DNA of 64,000 nucleotides from Camelus dromedarius. Lineage: Eukaryota. The notes beneath the pieces were generated by a model. It had not been told where the DNA came from. It saw only the letters and a list, made by a program, of their open reading frames with translations, and did not search any database. Positions within the stretch are counted from its first letter, which is position 1, and each line of letters starts with the position of its first letter. The stretch is from NCBI RefSeq assembly GCF_036321535.1, contig NC_087451.1, positions 55,924,001-55,988,000 of the forward strand, given 5' to 3'. Positions 34,086 to 45,646 of this stretch are shown in pieces. The position numbers and the translations under genes are program-made.

Positions 34086-34575
34086 GGTCTTCTAAACCGT
34101 TTATTGCTCTCCTGCATCTCCAAGGCAGACTCCTTAGGCTTCCTCTAATATTGCTTTTGTATTCAGACTGTGTTTTAGTCTGTCTAGCTTTGGTCTGGAT
34201 TTCTAAATTAGAATGTGTGTCCTTCATCTGATTAAGTCCTCTCTTCTCTAGTTAAATGCTGGCTGATGGTAATAATTTGGCCTTGTGTGACTCCATGTTT
34301 TTAGCCAACATTTCTAAACCCACTGGTTCCTGGGGTGTGTGGGTGGGGAGGAAATATTAGTTATGAACATTGAGCTACTCTGTGCATCATTTCTCTGTCC
34401 AAATCTAGGAATCTGGGTAATTTTTTTTAATGGAAAATTGACTCAAGCTTTAAAAAGAGATTTACTAATTATCTGCCTTAGATTTTGCAGCATCATTTTT
34501 GGAGATGTTAAAGCACTGTGATTTGAAGTTTGTTTTTAACATTGACAATATGAGTAGGCACATTCTCCTCTTTTT

Positions 34576-34710
34576 TTTTGTTTTTTGGTTTTTTTGAGGG
34601 GGTGGGTAGTTAGGTTTGTTTGTTTGTTTTAATGGAGGTACTTGGAATAGAACACAGGTCCTCGTGCATGCTAAGCAGGTACTCTACCACTGAGCTCTAC
34701 CCCCCCCACC
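34576..34710 (-). mobile_element. Vic-1-type SINE
   Basis: ttaatggaggtacttggaatagaacacaggtcctcgtgcatgctaagc...ctaccactgagct. Flanked by acattctc(c/t)tcttttt. Confidence 0.87.
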
Positions 34711-37134
34711 TTTTCTTTTAATTGACATTCTCTTCTTTTTATATTATAGATCCCTAGGCCTGGGAGGGAAAAATGGCTGTATCTTTTACTGTCAGGATGT
34801 AAAGCGTCGGAAATGTGGTGTTTGCAGCTGCTCCTTGGTTGCTGTGAATTGCTTGGAGATCAGGGGCCAAATAGTCCCCGCCTTGGTAATGTTGCAGACG
34901 CCAGGTGCAGTAGTGCCCTCGTGCTCCGTGGTTGGAAGTCTTGGGGCTGATATTAGGTATACTACAGCCTGAGGAAGCCTTGTTGGCTCTGTCTGAGAGC
35001 TGAGTTACATTCTGAGATAAACAGCTCTATTGAAACAGCTCTAAAAGATTTGTACAAGATTAATTGAAACAGTTTTGGTGAATGAAGTCACAAAAACAGG
35101 GCTAAGTCTAAAGTGTTATTGTCTTATTGATTGTTGATCACTGGCCATGTTTAAAGCGCTGTAGCACTTTGAACTATTACTGATTTGTTGCAGTTGACTA
35201 TTTTCTGTACATGGTCCCCCACCTGACCAGTGCTTCGGTGCTTTCAGGATAACAGGGTTTTCTCCTTGCTTTGAGGGATGTGGTAGAAGCTGGGGATGTT
35301 TGATAAGGTCGTTCCCTGGTCTCTGTTTAGGATGATTTTCAGACATTGTATTTACAGTTGTTCTTGCTAGTTCTCTCTAGTCGTCTTTTTAATGAAGCCA
35401 TTCTTCACAGCTGTGGTTATTTAATTGAACATGAGAGTAAGCCTCTCATTGATTTGTCATCAGTTTAGATGCCAGGACTTGGCTTCTGGGTTGCCCCATA
35501 TCTAGGAATAATAACGGATGGTACCTAGTATTTACCACATCAAGTGGTCTATGAATACGTAGGTTTCTGAGTTTATGTTTTTAGGGCTTTTGAAAAATAA
35601 TCTGGGACAAAAGGAAAGAGTCATATTAGGGGGAAAGCTGCATTTTGGGATGGATGCTATGTTCTTATTATGTCCTTTCAAATTATATTTGAAAGGATTT
35701 TATCAGATTTACGTATCTTTCTTCTGCCTCCATTCTTTCCTCTTCCAGAATTGCATGCTGCTTGTAACAGTGAAAAATCATTGATGTAAAGAGTAAAACT
35801 TCCAGGTTTAAGAAGTCCTAAGATTTTCAGTTTAAATAATCATGGTGTGCCTGTAATTTTTTTTTGTTACTTGTTGAATCAATCAGATTTGCTACATAGT
35901 TGAATTTCCACGATGGAAAATGTCTGCAGTTGGAAAAGTGATATTTTTTTCCCTTTGTGGAGTAACCTTGGAATTTTAATTAATTCAGTTTCTCCACATG
36001 GTAGAAATCTGTTTCACCAGAGGTTTGGCTAAACTGAATTTCATGGGGGAGGCAGTACCTTTTCCATTGAGAGAAGAGGTCTGTGGATTATTTTCAGCGT
36101 ATATAAAGCCTTTTTGTGAAGGGAGGGTGGTTAAATGTGTATAACAAGAAAGTTTTTCTAGTCTGTTTTCTTACATTTTAGAGAAACCAGAAATGCTTTG
36201 GTGGAAACCTTCTAGTGTAGCCTGCCCTAGGACACATGGGGGCGTGCTCATAGTTCTGTGCTGACATCAGTTTCCACGTCATTCTAGGAACCTGTTTGGC
36301 TCCTGCCGTTCGTTAGTGCCCTGCAGTGGCATGTGAGTGCTCTGAGGGAGCTCCTGGCTCTGCTCTCCCATGTGGGCTTCTGTGACTTAGGAACTGGGTG
36401 CCATTATGCCACCGTGGTCCTGAGCTCGCGCTTCCCTGTACTGCCCCGCTTTTCAGGAGAAAAGTTGAAGGGCAGGTGGACAGGTAGGCAGATTACCGTC
36501 AGGTGACGTTCAACCCTGGAAGGCTTCCAGTTAGTGCCGAGGTCCCTAGCTGTGCTCAAGCCAACAAGAGATCAGGTACAGTCTGTGGGATTTATGACTG
36601 AGAACTGACGGAACTTACTTACTTTGGGTGTGTGAAGCTGTTGGCTTGTTTAGACTTCTTTGGTATTCTAGGCATACTGGGTGGAGAAGGATCCTACTTC
36701 TGGATTTGGAGCATGGCCTGTAAGGCGCAGGTTTCATCTCCTCCCACTCCTCTCCTCACCCTGTTCTAGCTGCCCTTGTATTTTTGTTTGTTTGTTTACC
36801 AGTTCTCTAACACTTCAAGTTCATTCCCATCTCAGGAGGTTTTCCCTTTGTTGTTTGTTCACTCATTTTGGAATGCTCTTTCCCCAGATGTTCATAGGAC
36901 TTGGTCTGCTCATGGAGAGACCCCTTTGGAGAGCCAGCCCCCGGCCTCCACCCCCTTCGGATATAAAAAAACACTTACCCTGCTCCTGCACTCTCCCTTT
37001 ATGATTCTCTTTTTTTCTTTCTCTTTATCAGTAACAGAGATATTGAGATTATATGTGTTTCCTTGTTTGTCTCTTCCACTAGAATGCAAACCCCAAGCCT
37101 GTAGAAAATTGTCTTGTTCAGCCTCTAGAAGAGG

Positions 37135-37335
37135 ATTTATCAACCTCAGCATTATTGGCATTTTTGGACTGGATAATTGTTGTGGGGGGGCTGCCCTGTG
37201 CATTATAGAATGTTTAGCAACATCCTTGTCTTTTATCCACTAGATGCCAGTAGCACCCCCAGTCATGACCGGCAGAGATGTCTATTTAGACACTGCCAAG
37301 TGTCTCCCCGGCTGCAAGCTGTTGTTAGAGAACAA
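37135..37335. mobile_element. MER20 hAT-Charlie element
   Basis: tcaacctcagcattattggcatttttggactggataattgttgtggggggctgccctgtgcattatagaatgtttagcaacatcc...tagatgccagtagcaccccc. Confidence 0.82.
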
Positions 37336-40300
37336 TGCTTTGAGATTTAGTGGGTGCTTAGTAAATATTTATTGAATGGATTAAGTGGTGGGTGCTCAAT
37401 AATTATTTATTGGACGATAGATGAATTCATGAATGATTAAATTCAGCAAGTTAAAATTTTTTGGAACACGGAACTACACATATATATAGCCTTGTGTTCC
37501 TTTCCTCTTTTCACAGATCTCTTCATTCTACTGTCTTTTCCATTTCTGGTCCATCCTTCATTGTTTTTTTTTCTCCACTCAGACTTGCTGGCTCTTTCAG
37601 ACAACACTACTCTTAAATTTACTTCTGTTCAGTTCAACAAGTGACTATTGAGTCCCTATTCTATGCTTTAAAATAATAGGAAAGAACTGTAGAAGGATAC
37701 AGTGCTGTCTGTGCTTAAGAACTCATTGGATAAAATGAACATAGATACATGAAATTTTCCTCTAAAGTTTCTTAGTTCAAGGTGATGTCTAAACTGGTAG
37801 TAATGGGCCACTGTAGGGTTATTTGAGTAGTACTTGTTAAGTGCTTATCAGAATGGGGTGAATGCTGTTGAATTTGGAATCCAGTTTTAACAAAAATCCA
37901 CCCATTCACTTTCTACTTATTTTTATTTCTTGCAGTTACCCTTGGTTTCTTGCTCTTAATTCTGTCTGTAACATGACTGAGAAATGTGCAAAGTGGGCTT
38001 GCTCATTGTGAACTTGTATGATGGAAATGTTTCTAGGGTTTTATTGAATGGTTGTGAACAGCTGATTCATTAATGGGTTTTTAACATCCTTGCTTGGAAA
38101 GTGTTGCCACTCCACCTACATTAGGCAAGGCTTCTGGCTGGGGTGAAAATACACCAGACAAAAACCCCATTGTCTCTTATGTGACTTTCTTTGTCCTAGA
38201 GGAACTGATTTTTCTCTTTCTGCTGAACATTTATGTTCCATCTCTGATACTGTTAGATTCCTTTTTAATTTGAACTGTGGGATCAGAAGAATTCCAGTAG
38301 GGTGAACATCTGAAACTTTTTCCTCTTGAAGACACACACAACAGCCTTCTCTTTGGATTATCTGGAGACAGAGTAGGTAGAGCTAATAATGGTCTTTCAG
38401 AGAAATGTCTCTTTTACCTGTCTTTCTGTATATTGGGAAGAGTTTTAATAGGATATTAAAGAATTGAACATGTATTTAAGAAAGGAGAGATAATTTTCTT
38501 ATTGACATCCCCAATTCCTATTTATATGACTGATTCTTACAAGGGGAAACTAAGGCCCTTGAGACTTTGCTGAGGGATGCAACCTACTTAAAAAACTTTC
38601 AAGGTCAGTTTTTTTATTTTTCCTGTGGGATTTTGTTGGGTACTTCGGTACAAAAACTGTAATTTTACTCTGTAATCAAAGCTGAGATCAAAGAAAAGTG
38701 CTGTTACCTGAGGTTTCTCAGCATGAAAGTGGATGGCATTAAGACTGAGATTTAAAATAAATTTTTTTCTTTTTAAAGTAACTTGTGATTGAAACCTGAA
38801 TTTTGTTAACAGCAGAATGCCATCTGAATAAAGGCCTCACATTGTTGTGGTAACTAGGATACCTCTTAGATCACTTTAAATATTTGAAAAAAGCAGCAAC
38901 TAAATTGGATTCTTCATTTATCAAATGTAAAAGACAGTAGTCAGTGTCTTCATCCTCAGCAAGTTTTCTGCTTCTAAAATGTAGGAATATTTGGAAATTG
39001 AATAGAAAAATAGGTTTCGTCTTTTGAGGAACAGAAGAAAGCTCTTTTTGAAAGTGCATTGCTTGAATTTTATGGAGACTTACCTTTGAATTCTGTGATA
39101 AATTTGACATCAAGAAGACTTGAAATAATACTCTCTGATCTTTATTTCAAAGAAACTGACTCCTGAGGATATGAAAAGCTTATTATATCATGGTTTTTAA
39201 GATGGAAGGGCTTAAGAAGGGAATGAGAATTACTGTGTTGCTAAACTAGAGAGAACCTCAGAATATTTCTGAAATCAAGGACTGGGAAGAACACAGATGG
39301 TAAGACTTGTAGTTCTAATTTAATCGATCAGAAAGGAAATGCTTACTGAATTTTATGATGAATGTGTTTTTTTTCTTTTTTTAGTTTAATCTCAGGTTTA
39401 ACTTCAGAAATGTTAGATTCTTAAAATTGCAATATACAGTGCTTCCAGAAGGCCTGAATTTGTCCTTTGATTACTTTGTCTTTTTATCATAAAACTTCAT
39501 GAACTGTTTTTGGTTCATTTGTTCTTAACTCAAAGCAGACCCTCTGCACTGGATTAGTGCTCGTAGTATCAATCCTAAATTAGTATGAATAAAGCTTCTT
39601 TGGGGAATCTTCAGGGAAAGGAAAGTTGTATTAATTAAAATTTATATAAATTGATCTGCACTTGGAAAACATACAGAGGTCTGTTTGTAGTCTATCACTG
39701 AGATAGGAATTTGGAACCAGTTGAGTTTTCATTTGGGGAAAAATAGTAGAAAGTTGCTAAATCCAACCAACTTCAGTGGAGATTTTTTCATAGTGATTAA
39801 TGAAGTAGAAGGAGATCAGGAAACCTGAGTTTGGGTCCTAACTGTGCGCGTTACTCTTGAGTGGTCTTGGGGGTCACTCCTGGAGCTTCAGGGTCTTCAC
39901 CTGTAAAATGGAAGAGATCCTGCTCTGCTGTAGTGTGTCATCCTGTACTCACGGTCACTGATAGGAGGGTGTCTTGCCTGCAGTCTTTCTGGAGGCAGAG
40001 AAAGATCAAGAGCCCCTGCTGATAGTCAGCTCGAAAATCAGTCACTTGGTGAAAGCGATTTTTTTTTTTGGTGGGTCTGTTTTGAAATTGGAGTTTGAAT
40101 TGAGCCTATTCTAAGAAGGCATCTTTGACTGGGGAATGGTCTTTTGCAGTGGGTGACTTAAAAAACAGATTTGCCTTGCTGGAGAATTACTGCTTTGCGT
40201 ATTCAGTGACATTCATTGTCAGGCATAAGCTTGTCCCTTTAGGTCATTTCTTACTCTGTCGTGTGTAGATTGGATCAACTGTGGATATGGAAAGAATATG

Positions 40301-41424
40301 GACTTGCCTGAATCTCTTTTCCAGGTCATTCTAGGAGACCATTTCAACCGTGACAAGGGCCAAAGTAGGCAGAACTGAAAACCCAGAAAAGGCAGGAACT
40401 GAGATGACTGGAGTTAGTTGTAAATGTTTGTTTCTGAATAGACGATTATTTTTTCTGTTGTTTGCTGCTAGCTTTCTTTAAGAATGCTGTGGGGAGAGAG
40501 AGGAGAGAAGATTAAAAAAAAAAAAAGAATGCTGTGGGGACTTGAGTGAAACGGTCATAGTGAAGCCAGAGAATTCACATAGAAGGATGTTTTTTCATCT
40601 TCTCTATGTGTTCTTTTATTTTAAACCCCTGCCTCTGGTGATAGATGTTCTGCTTATGAGGGTTTACTATTTTGATCAATTTTTCAAGCCTAGTATGTTA
40701 GATCCCTGACAAATAAAAGACTAGACTTAGCTCTGAAACCAGAAGCGGGAAGTTCTTTCCCTTAGAGGGGAGTCAGCTGCTCGTTCCTTGAAGTGAGTTC
40801 AGACACCATTCCCCATGGGAACCACCTTGCCACTCTGCTGTCCAGTTCTTTGTCTGTGGTTGCAGCAAAAAGCTTTGCTGGGCAGCCAGCCCGTAGTGGC
40901 ATTATACTGGAAGGAGTTTGGATTTTGAAGACATTCACAGTCATGTTTTTGATAATTCTGCTCGCCTACAAAGATTCATGGTTTTACAGAACCTTTGGAA
41001 TGTTTGCCCTTTCCTGTCATCTTTCCCAGGGCATTGAGAGAAGTGTTTAAGTGGTTACTTCTGTATTCACAGAGAGATTTTGGTCACTCCTGTAAAGAGC
41101 TCAGAATCGAACCTCTGCAGTTACTTTGGCCTTAGTTTTTGGGGATTCAAGAAGTGGAATTTCAAAAAAGAAGTGGGATTTCCTTGGTGTGACTTTTTGG
41201 AGGTAGTTACTGTTCTTGAGTTTTGGTTTTCTCTTTGTCGCCTACTTTAATGTCTTAGGGTAAGAGTTCTTGGCATTAGTCTCATATATAAAATCAGGAT
41301 CACTTACAGACTATAATAAGGAGAGAGCTGTATAGTTTTTGAGCGTTAAGTGTTAAGCCACTGAGAAGTAGCTAAATTCTCACATGGTATTTATGCTCTG
41401 ATCACATTCCAGGATATGACTATA

Positions 41425-42940
41425 CCAAGGGTTGGTAAACTTTGGCCCATGAGTCAGATCTGGTCCAATGACTCAATAGTTTTTACATTTTAAAAATATT
41501 GTAAAAATAAGAGAATGAGAAGACAAGTTGCAGGCTGGGCGAAGATACTTGCAAAAGATACATCTAATANNNNNNNNNNNNNNNNNNNNNNNNNNNNNNN
41601 NNNNNNNNNNNNNNNNNNNNNNNNNNNNNNNNNNNNNNNNNNNNNNNNNNNNNNNNNNNNNNNNNNNNNNNNNNNNNNNNNNNNNNNNNNNNNNNNNNNN
41701 NNNNNNNNNNNTCCAACATCATATGCCAGCTGGAAATTGCAAATTAAAACAACAGGATCCTACCTACCACACATCTATCAGAAAGACCAAAATCCAAAAC
41801 GCTGGCAGTAGGAACTCTCATTTACTGCTGATGAGAATGCTGAATGGAATAGCCGCCTTGGAAGATATTTTGGCAGTTTATTACAAAACACACCTTTACG
41901 GTGTGATCCAGCAGTCATGCTCCTTGATATTTACCCAAATGAGTGGAAAACATATGTCCTCACAGAAACCTGCGAAAGGATGTTTATATCAGTGTTATTC
42001 ATAATTGCTAAGACTTGGAAGCATCCAACATGTCCTTCAGTAGATGAATGGGTAAACCAAACGTGGTACATCTGGACAGTGGAATGTTACTCATTGCTAA
42101 AAAGAAATGAGCTATCATGCCATGAAAAGACATGGAGGAAACTTAAATGCATGTTACTAAGTGAAAGAAGCTAGAATGAGAAGGGTATAATATACTGCCT
42201 GATTTCAACTATATAATGAGAGGAAAAGGCAAAAGTATGGAGACACTAAAAAGCTCAGTGGTACAGATACTAACTACTATAGATAAAATAGATAATAACA
42301 CATTTCTGGTGTACAGCACAGGGAACTATATTCAATGTCTTATAGTAATCTGTAATGAAAAAGAATGTGAAAATGAATATATGTATGTATATGTATGACT
42401 GAAACATTATGCTGTACACCAGAAATTGACACAACATTGTAAACTGTACTTCAACTGAAAAAACAGAAAGCTCAGTGGTTACCAGGGGTTCTGGGGCAGG
42501 AGGGATGAGTAGGCATAGTGTAAGAATTTTTAGGACAGTGAAACTATTCCGTACGATACTGCAGTGGTGGATAGTTGTCATTATACATGTGTCCAAACAC
42601 ATGCAATAAACAACACAAGGAGTGGACCCTAACATAAATAATGGACTTTGGGTGATAAAGAGGTGTCAGTGTAAGTTCATCAGTTGTAATAAATGTACCA
42701 CTGCAGGATGTAGATGGTGTGGGACACTGTATGTGTGAGGACAAGGTTTATAGGGGAACTCTGTACTTTCTGCTCCATTTTTCTGTGAACCTCATAACTG
42801 CTGTAAAAAAATAAAGTTTAAAAGAGCGTCAAAACACAACAAAACAAAAGAATAAGGTGCCACAGAGACCATATGTGGTCTACAAAACCTAAAATATTTT
42901 TTATCTGGCCTTTTACAGAAAAGGTTTACTAAGCCTTGGC
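41425..42940. mobile_element. Nested cluster: MER58-like element split by an older L1 (about 41505-42830), itself interrupted by a younger artiodactyl L1 fragment (42263-42466)
   Basis: MER58-like ends at 41425-41505 and 42835-42940. Inner 13-bp TSD aaagctcagtggt at 42250-42262 and 42467-42479. Confidence 0.78.
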
Positions 42941-43076
42941 CTATATCACAGTTCAGCTAGGAGGGGAGGTACCCAGTTTCTCTCTGATATCAGACCCCGT
43001 CCCATAGTTCTCCTGATCTCAGTGTCTCTCGTGGCAGAGTTCTTCTCATGAATTTATTTGTTTCATTTTCAGGTAT

Positions 43077-45608
43077 ATGAGTGACCTAAAGCTGCAGACT
43101 AAAACGGAGAGAGAGCAGTGTCAACTGCAAGCCAGGCAAGGATGCCAATTCCTCCTCCCCCTCCACCACCTCCCGGTCCTCCGCCACCTCCCACTTTTAA
43201 TCAGGTAGGTAGCCCTTCCCCCCAGCTATCTCACAGCCTTTGTGAATACCTAGTGTACTCAAAGGCATGTGGTATAAGAGGATGGAGGATAAGTAAGTAA
43301 AGTCTATCTTCATCAACTAGTTCTCTGATTCCTGAGAAGTCCTCCTAGGACCATAATGTTTTGACTTTTTGTTTGTTTGTTTTTGTCCTGATTTAGTCTA
43401 AATGGGGATGTGGACAGGTGGCATCAGAGTAGGAACTATTTGTTCTATAAATCTCAGTGTATCCTTTCTCTGACATCCCTGAGAAAAGAGATGGCAATTC
43501 CTAGTGCTTGTTTCTTGCTACCATTTCATCTCCTCTTCTGCTCCAAAGCCAAGTCCATCAAGTCTAACCACCCCCTTCCCAATCAAGAAAGAAAGGAGTT
43601 AATGGAATTAGTAAGAAGACTAAAGTTTCAATAATGGGAAGGGGGAAAAAAGCAGTGTGGCTTCTGAACCAAGAAGGCAGCCACCTTTACTATATCTGGG
43701 TTGTGATACCTGGAGTCACATGAGAAAGAAGGAACCTGGGTACTTTAACTCATTTTTGTAAAATGTGACTTTAGAGAACAAACACCCCAGAGGGGTGTTT
43801 GTGTGTGTGTGTGTGTGCTTAACAGATGAGAAATTTTGCCCCAAAGGGGAAGAGTGACTTACCTAGCTAATTTGTTTGTTTCAAACTGAGACTAGAGTTC
43901 AGGTCTGCCAACCTCTAGGTTTTTTCCTGTAACTTTTGGTGTTTAGACATTTTGTTTTGAGGATATGTAGGAATCCCCCTTTAGATAAACTTGTATGTGG
44001 AAGTCCAAAATAAGTGAAGTAGATAAAAGCAGAGGTGCTCTTGATACAGTGGGGTTCAGGGACCCATAGTATATTCACGCATCTCTGTTGCCTCTTGCAC
44101 GACTGCCCTGCATCATGCCATCTTAGTCATCCAGCAGTAGCCTTTTGTTGGGGGTTTCCTGTATGTCAGTACAATTTAGAAAAGCCACATAATTTTACTC
44201 TATACGTATATATTGTTTGATGCTTTTACAACAAGAATTTATTTATATAATTAAAAAAGAAGGAAAATGTGCAGATAAGCAAAAAGAAGCAAGTAAAAGT
44301 CATCTATAATACCATCACCCAGATATGAGACAGTTTCTGCCTTCAGGAGCTCCCAGTGGAATGAGTGAGACAGACAAGTCAACAGGCAAAACTTGTGCTA
44401 CACAGAGATAAATGGGGCCACAAAGAAAGGCACCTCACTAGTGGTCGGAGGGAGAGGAGGCAGTCAGACAAGGCGTCTAGTGGGGAGATGAGCCTTGAGC
44501 TGAATCTTGAAGGATGAGTCGAGTTTAGCCAGAAAAAGAAGGGAGAGAAGAGGGCACTCGAAGTTGAATGTGGAAGGGTGCTGTTTGTGAGAAAGCACAG
44601 AGGTTTGGATTATTGCTTAAAGGTGGTATGGGAGCTGAGGCTGGGGGTATAGGCAAAGGGTTTGGATTTTTCTCACAGTGGTGATGGGGAGATGCTGAAG
44701 TCTCTTCATCAGGAGTAACATGATTGGTTTATATTAGAAAGATCACTCTTAACAGCGTGGACAGTGGATTGGGAGTTGAGACTAGAGACAGGGAGGTTGA
44801 GACTAAGAAGTCTTTTGCAATTGAAAATTGAGAGTCTGGACTAAAGCAGTGAGGGTGGAGAGTGGGCACAGGAGACACTGAGAAAGTAAAATCTAACAGT
44901 CTGATGACAGGGGGAAGAATGAGGAAGAGGAAGGAGATTTGAATGACTCTGGTTGGGTGACTGGTTGAATGATGGTGCTATTTAAAAGAGAAACGGGTTT
45001 GTGGAGGAGGGTATGAACTCAATTTTAGACATGTTTAGTTTTCTCTTTACCAAACTAATACGTTCAAGAAATGTATGAACTGTGTTAAGCAAAATGGAGC
45101 AGTTACCCATAATCCAGCCATTCATCACAGTTTTGTGTGCCCTTCTCTTCCCTCCCTCCCTCTGTATCTTTCTACTTTTCTCTTTTTTTTTCTAATACCT
45201 TTATTATGGTATGATACCTGGACAGTAAACTACACATATTTCAGAAATACAATTTGATGAATTTTGACAGATGTATATACCCATGAAACCACCACCACAA
45301 TCCACAGATAGCTGACATTTCCATCACTCCCCAAGCAGTGCATATTTTGAATTCCTGATTTATCCCTTCCCACCTCCTTTACCCCCAGGTAACCATAAGT
45401 TTGTTCTCTATGTCTGTGAATCTGTTTCTCTTTGGTAGATAAGTTCATTTGTGTCCTTTTTTAAAAAAAAATTCCACATATAAGTGATATCATATGGTAT
45501 TTTTATTTCTCTTTCTGACTTAACTTCACTTAGAATGACAATCTCTAGGTCCACCCATGTTGCTGCAGGTGGCATTGTTTTATTCTTTTTTATGGCTGAG
45601 TAGTAGTC

Positions 45609-45646
<38 letters not shown>

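Noticed and set aside
36313-36330. CTCF-like motif (reverse gccactgcagggcac), also at about 61740
   Set aside because: Two or more mismatches in the core. Not distinguishable from chance without ChIP data.
43118-43141. GTG-initiated N-terminal extension of WIPF2 (MSTASQAR-)
   Set aside because: Near-cognate codon with no supporting evidence beyond the ORF caller's alternative-start rule.
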